DNA of 54,083 nt from a virus (taxonomy: Duplodnaviria > Heunggongvirae > Uroviricota > Caudoviricetes): positions 1 through 54,083 of IMG/VR virus record IMGVR_UViG_2534682338_000012. One strand, written 5' to 3'. Both the position numbers and the translations under genes were made by a program. Below the pieces are notes generated by a model that did not search any database, was not told the origin of the DNA, and saw only the letters and a program-made list of their open reading frames with translations. Positions 29,660-40,719 of this stretch are shown piece after piece; positions within the stretch are counted from its first letter, which is position 1; every line of letters begins with the position of its first letter.

Positions 29660-29685
29660 TCCCACTCCGGTGGGATTTTTTATGT
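29660..29685 (+). terminator. putative terminator after tape measure gene
   Basis: CCCAC-TCCG-GTGGG hairpin followed by ATTTTTTAT. Confidence 0.4.
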
Positions 29686-29696
29686 ACGGAGTTTAT

Positions 29697-31025
29697 ATGA
29701 CGTGGAAAGACAGACTTCAGGACGCGTCATTTCGCGGTGTGCCGTTTAAGGTTGAAGAAGAAAGTGCGGGAACCGGTCGTCGTGTGGAAACGCACGAATA
29801 CCCGAACCGCGACAAACCCTATACCGAAGACCTGGGGAAAATCACTTTCCGCCCGTCCATCACAGCTTATGTGGTGGGAGATGACTGCTTTGACCAGCGC
29901 GATCGCCTGATTGACGCGCTGAATAAACCCGGTCCCGGCACGCTTGTCCATCCGACTTACGGTGAGCTGAAAGTCTGTGTTGACGGGGAAGTTCGGGTCA
30001 GCACATCGAAGAGTGAAGGGCGTATTGTCCGCTTTGACCTGAAGTTTGTCGAAGCGGGAGAACTCTCTTACCCCACTTCAGGTGCGGCGACGGCGCAGAC
30101 GCTGATGTCATCCTGTTCTGCACTGGATGACTGCATCAGTGACAGCTTCAGTGGTTTCAGTATCGATGGCGTGGCAGATTTTGTGCAGAACGACGTCGTC
30201 GGTAATGCCAGCACAATGCTTGGGTATGTTTCTGATGCGATGAAAGTGGTGGATTCTGCCGTATCGGATGCCGCCAGGCTGTTGCAGGGGGATATCTCGG
30301 TACTTCTGCCGCCACCATCGTCAGGCAAAAATTTCGTTGAGCAGGTGCAGAAAATGTGGCGTACCGGGAAACGCCTTTATGGTAACGCCAGCGACCTGGT
30401 CACCATGATCAAAACGCTTTCCGGTGTCAGCCTCGGCAGCGATCTGCAACCGCGCGGCGTCTGGAAAACGGACAGTAAAACTACCGCCACGGCGACGCAG
30501 CAGCGTAACGTGGTTGCCAGCACCCTTCGTACGACCGCAATCAGCGAAGCGGCGTATGCCGTCACACGATTGCCTGCGCCCACAACTTCCGCGGTGATGC
30601 AGAATGCCACAGTAGGGCAGTCAACAACACCCGCGCAGAGCACCGGCTGGCCTTCTGTCACGCATCCGGCACTGAACAATGCACCGGCGGTGAAAAACAC
30701 GGTTGACCTGCCAACGTGGGAAGAACTGACCGACATTCGCGACACACTGAATACGGCAATTGATAAGGAGTTGTCCCGTACAACCAGTGATGCGCTGTTT
30801 CTGGCGCTGCGCCGGGTGAAAGCAGATCTGAATGCGGATATCAACACGCGCCTTGAACAGTCTGCACGGATCATTCAGCGCACGCCGGATGAGGTTTTAC
30901 CCGCGCTGGTGCTGGCGGCGACCTGGTTTGATAACGCGGCGCGTGACGCGGACATTATCCGGCGTAATGCCATTACGCATCCCGGCTTTGTGCCGGTGAT
31001 CCCTCTGAAGGTGCCAGTGCAATGA
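29697..31025 (+). CDS. DNA circularisation protein (Mu gpN-like)
   Basis: MTWKDRLQDASFRGVPFKVEEE... N-terminus typical of Mu N family; start chosen at ATG with GGAG RBS. Confidence 0.75.
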   Translation: MTWKDRLQDASFRGVPFKVEEESAGTGRRVETHEYPNRDKPYTEDLGKITFRPSITAYVVGDDCFDQRDRLIDALNKPGPGTLVHPTYGELKVCVDGEVRVSTSKSEGRIVRFDLKFVEAGELSYPTSGAATAQTLMSSCSALDDCISDSFSGFSIDGVADFVQNDVVGNASTMLGYVSDAMKVVDSAVSDAARLLQGDISVLLPPPSSGKNFVEQVQKMWRTGKRLYGNASDLVTMIKTLSGVSLGSDLQPRGVWKTDSKTTATATQQRNVVASTLRTTAISEAAYAVTRLPAPTTSAVMQNATVGQSTTPAQSTGWPSVTHPALNNAPAVKNTVDLPTWEELTDIRDTLNTAIDKELSRTTSDALFLALRRVKADLNADINTRLEQSARIIQRTPDEVLPALVLAATWFDNAARDADIIRRNAITHPGFVPVIPLKVPVQ

Positions 31026-32101
31026 ACGACAATGTCACGCTACGGGTAAATGGCCGGGAGTGGAATGGCTGGACATCGGTGCGCATCGGTGCCGGTATTG
31101 AACGGCTGGCGCGGGATTTCAGTGTGGAGATCACTCGCCAATGGCCGGGAGATGAGGGTATCACCACGCTTCAGCCGCGCATTAAAAACGGTTCAAAAGT
31201 GGAAGTGCTGATTGGTGATGAGCTGGTGATCACCGGCTGGGTGGAGGCGACTCCCGTTCGTTACGATGCCCGTTCGGTCAGCACCGGTATTGCCGGACGT
31301 AGTCTGACGGCTGACCTGATTGACTGTGCAGCCGAACCGACACAGTTTAACGGACGCTCGCTGGTGCAGATTGCGCAGGCGCTTGCTGCGCCTTTCGGCA
31401 TTGAGGTTGTGAACAGCGGTGCGCCGTCGGGTGTTATTCCTGATGTTCAGCCTGATCACGGTGAAACGGTGATTGAGGTAATCAACAAAATACTCGGTCA
31501 GCAGCAGGCGCTGGCTTACGACGACCCGCACGGCAGGCTGGTGATTGGCGGTATTGGCTCAACGCGGGCACATACCGCGCTGGTACTTGGGGAAAACATC
31601 CTTTCCTGTGATACGGAGAAGAGTATCCGGGAGCGGTTTTCTGTTTACCAGGTGGCGGGGCAGCGTGCCGGAAACGACGATGATTTCGGTGAGGCCACCA
31701 CCACCGCGCTGCGGGCCCGCACAGAGGACGCATTTATTGCCCGTTACCGTCCGATGTATATCAGGCAGACAGGGCAGGCCACGGGGGCAGGCTGTATTGC
31801 GCGTGCTGACTTTGAAGCCCGAAAACGGGCGGCGCGGACGGATGAAACCACCTATGTGGTGCAGGGCTGGCGACAGGGTAACGGTACGCTGTGGCAGCCC
31901 AACCAGCGGGTGATTGTCTTCGATCCGGTCTGTGGTTTCGACAATACCGAACTGCTTGTCTCGGAAGTCACGTTTACTCAGGACCAGAACGGCACCCTGA
32001 CGGAAATCCGTGTCGGCCCGCCTGATGCTTATCTGCCTGAACCCGAAGCCCCCGGCGCGCGGAAAAAGAAAAAAGCCAGAGTACAGGAGGACCCGTTCTG
32101 A
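31022..32101 (+). CDS. baseplate hub protein (Mu gpP-like)
   Basis: 359 aa, canonical position after N. Confidence 0.7.
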   Translation: MNDNVTLRVNGREWNGWTSVRIGAGIERLARDFSVEITRQWPGDEGITTLQPRIKNGSKVEVLIGDELVITGWVEATPVRYDARSVSTGIAGRSLTADLIDCAAEPTQFNGRSLVQIAQALAAPFGIEVVNSGAPSGVIPDVQPDHGETVIEVINKILGQQQALAYDDPHGRLVIGGIGSTRAHTALVLGENILSCDTEKSIRERFSVYQVAGQRAGNDDDFGEATTTALRARTEDAFIARYRPMYIRQTGQATGAGCIARADFEARKRAARTDETTYVVQGWRQGNGTLWQPNQRVIVFDPVCGFDNTELLVSEVTFTQDQNGTLTEIRVGPPDAYLPEPEAPGARKKKKARVQEDPF

Positions 32102-32649
32102 TGAGGACGATTGAAGCCATGCAGCGACAACTTCTCGGCCTGATTGGGCGGGCAGTGGTGAAAAGCATCAGTGCCGCCACGAAATGTCAGACCGTGGATG
32201 TGTCCCTGATTGCCGGTGAACCCAAAGCCGGGGTTGAACATCTTGAACCCTACGGTTTTACCGCAAGGGCAAACAGCGGTGCGGAAGCGGTGGTGTTGTT
32301 TCCGGATGGCGACCGTTCTCATGCGGTGGTTGTTACGGTGTCGGACCGGCGCTACCGCCTGAAAGGGCTGCAAACGGGTGAGGTGGCTGTCTATGACGAT
32401 CAGGGGCAGTCTGTGACGCTGACCCGGGAGGGGATCGTGGTGGACGGTGCAGGGAAAACGATCACGTTTCGCAATGCACCTGAAGCACGTTTTGAAATGG
32501 ATCTGGAAGTGACCGGACAGGTGAAAGACCTGTGCGACTCCGGCGGCACCACCATGTCAGCGATGCGGCTTGCCTATAACGGGCATCGTCACAGAGAGAA
32601 CGGTCAGGGCAGTAACACCGACAAACCTGATAAAGCGATGGAGGCATGA
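32101..32649 (+). CDS. baseplate assembly protein V / spike
   Basis: 182 aa, canonical position. Confidence 0.7.
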   Translation: MRTIEAMQRQLLGLIGRAVVKSISAATKCQTVDVSLIAGEPKAGVEHLEPYGFTARANSGAEAVVLFPDGDRSHAVVVTVSDRRYRLKGLQTGEVAVYDDQGQSVTLTREGIVVDGAGKTITFRNAPEARFEMDLEVTGQVKDLCDSGGTTMSAMRLAYNGHRHRENGQGSNTDKPDKAMEA

Positions 32650-33073
32650 TGGAACTGTGGCTGACGGTGAACGGTAAACGCACCTGCGCCAGCGCACCGC
32701 TGGATCCGCTGACCCGCGCCGTGGTGATTTCCCTGTTCACCTGGCGGCGGGCGGAGCCTGATGACAATGCCGACGTCCCGATGGGATGGTGGGGGATACC
32801 TGGCCTGCGGTACAGAATGACCGTTACGGCTCCCGACTGTGGTTGCTTCAGCGCAGCAAACTGACCAATCAGCTGGTGCAGACGGTAAGGGGATATATCC
32901 GCGAATGCCTGCAATGGATGACTGATGACGGCGTGGTGTCCCGTATTGATCTGGATATCCGCCGCACCGGGATTAATGAGCTGGGTAACAGTATCACCCT
33001 CTGGCGTCGTGATGGACCAGTAATGATTTCTTTTGATGATCTGTGGAGTGCGATAACGCATGGCGGACAGTGA
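32646..33073 (+). pseudogene. baseplate protein (Mu gp46-like) interrupted by frameshift in G-run
   Basis: ORFs 32646-32864 and 32786-33073 overlap in different frames; junction at GGTGGGGGAT where one extra G would give continuous ...DVPMGWWGDTWPAVQNDRY... Confidence 0.5.
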
Positions 33074-34118
33074 ATTTCAGCGCCCGACGCTGGCAGAAAA
33101 TATCAGTATGCTCCGTAACGATTTATTCGCCAGGCTGGACGTCAGCGACACGCTCCGGCGCATGGATGAAGACGTGCGGGCAAAGGTGTATGCGGCGGCG
33201 CTGCATACGGTCTACGGTTACATCGATTATCTGGCAATGAATATGCTGCCTGACCTGTGCGATGAGTCCTGGCTGGCGCGACATGCTGCGATGAAACGGT
33301 GTCCGCGCAAGGGGGCCACGGTTGCCAGCGGGTATATGCGCTGGGAAGGTGTCAGCGATGGCCTGAAGGTGACTGCCGGGAGTGTTATTCAGCGCGATGA
33401 CCTGGTGCAGTACACGACAACTGACGATGCAATCAGCTCCGGTGGTGTCCTGCGCGTGCCGATCGCCTGCTCAAGTGCAGGTGCGGTCGGTAACGCTGAC
33501 GACGGTACGGCATTAATCCTGGTCACGCCGGTGAATGGTCTGCCGTCTTCCGGTGTGGCTGACACCCTGACAGGCGGATTTGATACTGAAGAGCTGGAAA
33601 CGTGGCGCGCCCGCGTCATTGAGCGGTATTACTGGACGCCGCAGGGCGGGGCTGACGGGGACTATGTCGTCTGGGCTAAAGAAGTGCCTGGCATTACCCG
33701 CGCATGGACATACCGACACTGGATGGGAACGGGGACTGTCGGTGTGATGATTGCCAGCAGTGACCTGATTAATCCCATTCCGGAAGAATCAACGGAAACG
33801 GCGGCAAGACAACATATCGGGCCACTGGCCCCGGTGGCAGGCTCTGATTTGTATGTGTTCAGGCCGGTGGCACATACGGTGGATTTTCATATCCGTGTGA
33901 CGCCGGACACACCGGAAATACGGGCTGCCATCACCGCGGAGTTGCGTTCGTTCCTGCTGCGTGATGGTTATCCGCAGGGAGAACTGAAGGTGTCACGTAT
34001 CAGTGAAGCGATTTCCGGTGCGAACGGGGAATACAGCCATCAGTTGCTTGCACCGGCGGACAATATCACCATTGCGAAAAATGAACTGGCGGTTCTGGGG
34101 GCGATTTCATGGACGTGA
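33060..34118 (+). CDS. baseplate J-like protein
   Basis: 352 aa, canonical position. Confidence 0.75.
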   Translation: MADSEFQRPTLAENISMLRNDLFARLDVSDTLRRMDEDVRAKVYAAALHTVYGYIDYLAMNMLPDLCDESWLARHAAMKRCPRKGATVASGYMRWEGVSDGLKVTAGSVIQRDDLVQYTTTDDAISSGGVLRVPIACSSAGAVGNADDGTALILVTPVNGLPSSGVADTLTGGFDTEELETWRARVIERYYWTPQGGADGDYVVWAKEVPGITRAWTYRHWMGTGTVGVMIASSDLINPIPEESTETAARQHIGPLAPVAGSDLYVFRPVAHTVDFHIRVTPDTPEIRAAITAELRSFLLRDGYPQGELKVSRISEAISGANGEYSHQLLAPADNITIAKNELAVLGAISWT

Positions 34119-34693
34119 CAAACGATGATTACATCCGTCTGTTGTCAGCACTGTTGCCGCCCGGTCCGGCGTGGTCAGCCAGCGATCCGGCGATTGCCGG
34201 TGCGGCACCGTCATTAACCCGTGTTCATCAGCGTGCGGATGCCCTGATGCAGGAGCTGGATCCGCGCACCACCACCGAACTGATAAACCGCTGGGAGCGT
34301 CTGTGCGGCCTGCCGGATGAATGTATTCCGGCAGGGACGCAGACCCTTCGCCAGCGTCAGCAACGGCTGGATGCGAAGGTTAACCTGGCGGGCGGCATCA
34401 ATGAGGATTTTTACCTTGCACAGCTTGCTGCCCTGGGCAGACCAGACGCCACCATCACGCGATACGACAAAAGCACGTTCACCTGCTCATCTGCCTGTAT
34501 TGACGCGGTGAATGCGCCGGAATGGCGGTATTACTGGCAGGTCAACATGCCAGCCGCCACCAACACCACCTGGATGACATGTGGCGATCCCTGTGATTCC
34601 GCGCTGCGCTTCTGGGGGGACACCGTTGTCGAGTGTGTTCTTAACAAACTCTGCCCGTCGCATACCTATGTGATTTTTAAATATCCGGAGTAA
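34109..34693 (+). CDS. tail protein (DUF2313/YmfQ-like)
   Basis: 194 aa, precedes tail fibre as in e14/Mu-type tails. Confidence 0.65.
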   Translation: MDVTNDDYIRLLSALLPPGPAWSASDPAIAGAAPSLTRVHQRADALMQELDPRTTTELINRWERLCGLPDECIPAGTQTLRQRQQRLDAKVNLAGGINEDFYLAQLAALGRPDATITRYDKSTFTCSSACIDAVNAPEWRYYWQVNMPAATNTTWMTCGDPCDSALRFWGDTVVECVLNKLCPSHTYVIFKYPE

Positions 34694-34696
34694 TCC

Positions 34697-35344
34697 ATGC
34701 ATCGTATAGACACGAAAACCGCGCAGAAGGATAAGTTCGGCGCGGGTAAGAACGGTTTTACCCGTGGTAACCCCCAGACCGGCACGCCTGCCACCGATCT
34801 GGATGATGACTACTTTGACATGTTGCAGGAGGAGCTTTGCAGCGTTGTGGAGGCATCCGGTGCCAGCCTGGAGAAGGGGCGGCATGACCAGCTGCTTACC
34901 GCGCTTCGTGCGCTGCTGTTAAGCCGCAAGAATCCGTTTGGCGATATCAAATCGGATGGCACGGTGAAAACAGCTCTCGAAAACCTTGGTTTGGGAGAAG
35001 CGGCAAAGAGGAATGTGGGGACAGGAGAAAATCAGGTACCGGATATGAACAGCTTTGGTAACTCATTGACCGCCAATGGATACCAGAAATTACCTGGGGG
35101 GATGATTATTCAATGGGGGAGTTTTTCTGTCTCACCAACCGGAGGAAGTGTTGGAACAGTTGATATAACATTACCTGTAGCTTTCCCTGCTGCTTGTCGT
35201 TCGGTAAACGCTCTTATTTCAACTAATGATCCTTCTGCCCGTTCTGTGGGCTTTGATATTGGAAGTACCAACAGAACTAAAATCAGATTTACTTACACTT
35301 CTGCTACAACAAATTCAATTTACTGGATGGCTGTGGGGTATTAA
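34697..35344 (+). CDS. tail fibre protein (constant N-terminus fused to variable segment A)
   Basis: [22 protein letters not shown]... conserved fibre N-terminus; crossover site lies inside the gene. Confidence 0.75.
   Translation: MHRIDTKTAQKDKFGAGKNGFTRGNPQTGTPATDLDDDYFDMLQEELCSVVEASGASLEKGRHDQLLTALRALLLSRKNPFGDIKSDGTVKTALENLGLGEAAKRNVGTGENQVPDMNSFGNSLTANGYQKLPGGMIIQWGSFSVSPTGGSVGTVDITLPVAFPAACRSVNALISTNDPSARSVGFDIGSTNRTKIRFTYTSATTNSIYWMAVGY
34974..34999. repeat. left inversion crossover site (gix/pix-like)
   Basis: CTCTCGAAAACCTTGGTTTGGGAGAA; inverted copy at ~36832-36857. Confidence 0.55.
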
Positions 35345-35346
35345 CT

Positions 35347-35778
35347 ATGGAAAAGACATATTATTTTAATCCCTCTGATTCGGGATTTTATATTTCACCA
35401 GATAGCCAAACCATTCCTGAGAACGCTACGAAAATAAACTTTACTATTTATTCTGAGTTCGCAGGAGTTGCATGGCCTGATGGTAAAATACTTGGTTCAG
35501 ATAAAAATGGTTTTCCAGCATGGCAGGATGCGCCACCACTTACAAGCGAAGAATTAATCTCAATCGCTGAATCAAATAAACAGCGATTAGTTAATCAGGC
35601 CAACGAATACATGAACAGTAAACAATGGCCTGGTAAAGCGGCGATTGGTCGTCTGAAAGGTGAGGAACTGGCGCAATATAATTTGTGGCTGGATTATCTG
35701 GACGCACTGGAACTGGTCGATACTTCCAGTGCGCCAGATATTGAATGGCCTACTCCTCCGGCAGTTCAGGCCAGATGA
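35347..35778 (+). CDS. tail fibre assembly protein (for variant A)
   Basis: 143 aa, C-terminal LWLDYLDALELVDTSSAPDIEWPTPP typical of Tfa chaperones. Confidence 0.7.
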   Translation: MEKTYYFNPSDSGFYISPDSQTIPENATKINFTIYSEFAGVAWPDGKILGSDKNGFPAWQDAPPLTSEELISIAESNKQRLVNQANEYMNSKQWPGKAAIGRLKGEELAQYNLWLDYLDALELVDTSSAPDIEWPTPPAVQAR

Positions 35779-36352
35779 CATCCGGCGCGGTACTGGTATC
35801 TGTTGCCGTCACCGCGTCAATGTAATCCAGCACAGTGTTAAGTCGGGTGGTCTCTGCCTGCATCAGCTTCCGCCCGGCCTGCAATTTCAGTTGAATCAGA
35901 CTAATGGAAGCCATTGCAGTATCAATCAGTGACTGACGTTGTGCTTCTGCCGCGTCTACTGCGGCGCTATGCTGTGTCTCAGTATCCGTCACCCATTTCT
36001 CACCATCCCATTTATCGTATGGCGTTAACGGGGCGATAGTGGTTGTTTTTTCGGGGTAATCACCCGGAGTTGTGATTTCTTTGGCGTCTCCCGTTTCGGT
36101 GTTATAGACGATTTCACCGCGATGGTCTGGTACATATTCCCATGAGTTAAAATCTGCAGAGCGGCAGATTGCATAACCAGCTTTGTAGGTGCCTGGAGCA
36201 TCTAAACAGGAATAAGCCGGAATGCCGACACCAACAGCAAGATATTCAGTTGAAGCTGAAATATACTCCCGACTCATGACGTCAAAGTTATAAACAGTAA
36301 TTTCTCCTGCCATAGTGGCAATTAATTCACTGTTTAATTCTGCGTTATTCAT
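35750..36352 (-). CDS. tail fibre assembly protein (for variant B)
   Basis: 200 aa, C-terminal LNTVLDYIDAVTATDTSTAPDVIWPELP Tfa signature, opposite strand within invertible segment. Confidence 0.7.
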   Translation of the reverse strand: MNNAELNSELIATMAGEITVYNFDVMSREYISASTEYLAVGVGIPAYSCLDAPGTYKAGYAICRSADFNSWEYVPDHRGEIVYNTETGDAKEITTPGDYPEKTTTIAPLTPYDKWDGEKWVTDTETQHSAAVDAAEAQRQSLIDTAMASISLIQLKLQAGRKLMQAETTRLNTVLDYIDAVTATDTSTAPDVIWPELPEE

Positions 36353-36856
36353 TATGCAGCCCTCACAATATAGTTAAAAGCGACATTTCGTGGGCGTGTT
36401 TCATTCGCACCTGCAGGTTTAGTCGTTGCCGCAACAACACTACCCTCTGTAATAGCCGGGTTGGGAATTGGGTAATTATCGAAGTCAATGGCTGGAGACA
36501 GGGGCGTGATTTGTTTTAAAATCGTGGTGCCTGTAAAACTTCCCAGAGTCTGGTCGTTAGTTCGTGAAGTCCAGACTCCCCAATAGTGGTTATGACTGAC
36601 AATCGCACCGTCCTGAAGCGTTAATAATCCCCTTCCGTTATCCACTCCACGTCCGTCATCCCAGCCACGAATAAACTCACCGCGTAAATCAGGTAATTTA
36701 TTTGTCGGATAAGCCTTTGCCAGTTCCGGGTATTCTTCAGCAGAAAAAGCTGCTCCGTTGCATTTCAGCCAGCCTGTTGGCGGAGTGGCTGAAGGCCACG
36801 GAACAGGCACACCAACGGGTAATGCTGAGCCTTCTCCCAAACCAACGTTTATGAAA
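36352..36856 (-). CDS. alternative tail fibre C-terminal segment (variant B, currently unfused)
   Basis: Minus-strand ORF ending at crossover site; would fuse to fibre N-terminus after inversion. Confidence 0.6.
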
Positions 36857-36857
36857 A
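36832..36857. repeat. right inversion crossover site
   Basis: TTCTCCCAAACCAACGTTTATGAAAA, inverted relative to left site (shared TTCTCCCAAACCAA core). Confidence 0.55.
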
Positions 36858-36911
36858 TGCAGAAATAACGAGCAAATGGCATCATTCCTGCTTTTGTCAG
36901 GGAGATCTACC

Positions 36912-37466
36912 ATGCTTATTGGCTATGTACGTGTGTCAACAAATGACCAGAACACAGATCTACAACGTAATGCGCTGAACTGTGCAGGATGCGAGCTGAT
37001 TTTTGAAGACAAGATAAGCGGTACAAAGTCCGAAAGGCCGGGACTGAAAAAACTGCTCAGGACATTATCGGCAGGTGATACGCTGGTGGTCTGGAAACTG
37101 GACCGACTGGGGCGCAGTATGCGGCATCTTGTCGTGCTGGTGGAGGAGTTGCGCGAACGAGGCATCAACTTTCGTAGTCTGACGGATTCAATTGATACCA
37201 GTACCCCAATGGGGCGCTTTTTCTTTCATGTGATGGGTGCCCTGGCTGAAATGGAGCGTGAACTGATTGTTGAAAGAACAAAAGCTGGACTGGAAGCTGC
37301 TCGCGCACAGGGACGAATTGGTGGACGTCGTCCCAAACTTGCACCAGAACAATGGGCGCAGGCCGGGCGATTAATTGCATCAGGCGTTCCTCGCCAGAAG
37401 GTGGCGATCATCTATGATGTTGGTATATCGACACTGTATAAGAAGTTTCCGGTCGGAGATAAATGA
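36912..37466 (+). CDS. pin: serine DNA invertase (Pin/Gin/Hin family)
   Basis: MLIGYVRVSTNDQNTDLQ... catalytic Ser in YVRVST, C-terminal HTH; immediately right of invertible segment. Confidence 0.9.
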   Translation: MLIGYVRVSTNDQNTDLQRNALNCAGCELIFEDKISGTKSERPGLKKLLRTLSAGDTLVVWKLDRLGRSMRHLVVLVEELRERGINFRSLTDSIDTSTPMGRFFFHVMGALAEMERELIVERTKAGLEAARAQGRIGGRRPKLAPEQWAQAGRLIASGVPRQKVAIIYDVGISTLYKKFPVGDK

Positions 37467-37572
37467 AACCGTAGCACGTCGTATGCAAGAAGATCGTGCT
37501 GCGGTTTATGCTTATCACTTAAAGACTCAAAAATTAGGTGAGTAACGGACCGGGGACATAGCTCCTTTTTTC

Positions 37573-38394
<822 letters not shown>

Positions 38395-38926
38395 CTAACC
38401 CTTTGAATTTACATAGCGCAAAAAGATACCTTTCCTCATAATGTGAGCTAATTTTATGTTTCGTTTGATGATCGGGTCGGTCTCGAAACCCGTAGCCACG
38501 TCATATGCAAGAACGTGCTACGACTGGCTGGTGAACTTCCGATAGTGCGAGTATTGAATGATTTCCAACTGTTATCGATTTTGCGTATTTTTAGCATGAG
38601 AGGATTCGCACCACCTCCCACCGACCATCTATGACAGTATGCCACTATCTATAGGACTGCTTTGTGCCAGCAGCGGACGGTATGTTTGTTAATTGGCGGA
38701 TTTTCTTGAGTAAATCAATAGGATAGGTGAAAAATTAATCAAAAGTTTATGGCCCTACTACCCATCAAACTGATAGAGCCTCTCCCTGGATGGACGACAA
38801 AATCAGATATTGGAAAGTCAATAATTAATACAAGCACCAACATTTCTTGAAAAGGTTATTTATAAAATGAAATAATTTTTAGCCATGTTATAGTGATGTA
38901 TTAACTTCAGATAAAGAGATTATAGG

Positions 38927-40363
38927 ATGAATGCTAAAATTTCATGTCCAATTGATGGGTATATCATAACAGATTTCATAGGAGACGGAGGGAACGGAGA
39001 TGTGTATCTTGTAACTTCAAGTTCTGGCGAGGAAGCATTCGCTTTAAAAATACTAAGAAATGTACAAGAATCAACTTATAATAGATTCAAGGTAGAAGTT
39101 AATTTCTTGAAAGATAATAAAGTAGATGGGGTAATGCCTTTGCTTGATTTTTACCTTCCAGATAATGCAAAAAAAGAACAAGCTTGGTATCTTATGCCAT
39201 TGGCTGAAAGCTTTAAAGAAAGTGTAAAGCAAAAAGATCCATTATCAATCATCTCTGAATTCATTCATCTCACTCAAACCATTATAGAACTCCATGACCA
39301 AAACATATCTCACCGGGATATAAAGCCAGATAATCTTCTATATTTGAATGGCAGGATATTTTTAGCGGACTTTGGATTGGTAAAATATCCTGAAAGAATC
39401 GAATTAACACCCGATATGCGAGACGTTGGCGCAAAATTCACAATGGCCCCAGAAATGAGACGGATAGCAAATCGTGCTGATGGGCTCCCGGCAGACATTT
39501 ACTCTCTGGCAAAATCAGTATGGATGTCTCTGACTAAAGACTATCTTGGTTTTGATGGTCAGTACAGCACAAAATCTAATATCGGATTATCAAACTACAT
39601 AAAAGAACTATATCTACCGCCCTTAGATGACCTATTAGTGCGCGCAACAGATAACGATCCGTATCAGCGACCAACTGCTGCGGAGTTTAAGACAGAACTT
39701 GAAAATTGGATAAAAATTAATAATGATTTCATCCAGCGTAATTTAACTGAATGGTTCGAAATCCAAAACCTACTATTCCCATACAGCACACCGAATAGTG
39801 TAGAGTGGACAAATAATGATGACATAATAAACATACTCAATTTAATAGCTGGAAGGGAGTCTCTAAATCACATGTTTTATCCTTCCGGTGGGGGAAGCGA
39901 TTTGATTTATGTCGAACCAGCCTCAGAAAAAGGATTTATCGCGCTTATAGTCTGTGAACGATGCGCTGAAATTTTAAAGCCCAAAAAACTTTCATTTGAA
40001 TCATTTGGTCATGATCCCGAATGGAATTATTTTCGTCTTGAATGTGAAGTAATCGAACCAATGAAAATTTCGGGTCCCGTTACTAGTTCAACGATGGATG
40101 AATACATGGTTGAAATTACGCCTGGAAATTACATACCTCCAGATTGCTGGGAAATAAATGAGTATCAAGGTAAACCTCTACCTGAAACCGCTAGAATTGT
40201 CAGCAGGTATATAAAAGGTAGTTTTGTATTTTTCTGCAAGTCATCAACTTATAACAGAATAAGCCAGACGTATAATGCTTGGCAGAATGTGGGGGAAAAT
40301 GAATTCAGAAAGCTAATCGCAAAATTTGCTCAGTATGCTTCTGCCCGAAGAACCATTAAATAA
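38927..40363 (+). CDS. Hanks-type Ser/Thr protein kinase with C-terminal domain of unknown function
   Basis: Gly loop IGDGGNGDVY, catalytic Lys (AFALK), HRDIKPDNLL catalytic loop, DFG (LADFGL), APE (MAPEMRR). Confidence 0.8.
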   Translation: MNAKISCPIDGYIITDFIGDGGNGDVYLVTSSSGEEAFALKILRNVQESTYNRFKVEVNFLKDNKVDGVMPLLDFYLPDNAKKEQAWYLMPLAESFKESVKQKDPLSIISEFIHLTQTIIELHDQNISHRDIKPDNLLYLNGRIFLADFGLVKYPERIELTPDMRDVGAKFTMAPEMRRIANRADGLPADIYSLAKSVWMSLTKDYLGFDGQYSTKSNIGLSNYIKELYLPPLDDLLVRATDNDPYQRPTAAEFKTELENWIKINNDFIQRNLTEWFEIQNLLFPYSTPNSVEWTNNDDIINILNLIAGRESLNHMFYPSGGGSDLIYVEPASEKGFIALIVCERCAEILKPKKLSFESFGHDPEWNYFRLECEVIEPMKISGPVTSSTMDEYMVEITPGNYIPPDCWEINEYQGKPLPETARIVSRYIKGSFVFFCKSSTYNRISQTYNAWQNVGENEFRKLIAKFAQYASARRTIK

Positions 40364-40719
40364 TATTCCAACTACTGTGGCAGCGTATTTAATACTTAAT
40401 TGGTCGCTACAGTGTACAAGGAAAGTGTGTTATATAGCGTTCATATTCTGATAAGCATATACAAATCAGGTGTTTTTCGGCTATTATCTTTTGGTATTCC
40501 GTTTTGCCTGCAGCACACTGACACATCTGCTTCTCGCTTACAGCCGCCGAGGTAAGAGAGCACGTTACCGCGTCGGTGGACTTACTGACCTATCAAAATA
40601 ACCGCTTAATGCCAGAAGCGGGTATTCAGAGTATCCTGCAACCATATGGTCATTACACAAAGTGGATAGCAAATGTTTCAGTTTTTTGGCTCAGGATTGA
40701 GCTGGAGTGAGGATAAATA

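Noticed and set aside
25551-31531. Numerous antisense ORFs (60-165 aa) within tail genes
   Set aside because: Embedded in the opposite strand of long, module-consistent structural genes with high GC; characteristic spurious ORFs
38454-38645. 63-aa minus-strand ORF upstream of the kinase gene
   Set aside because: Overlaps the hairpin repeat, no RBS, implausible composition
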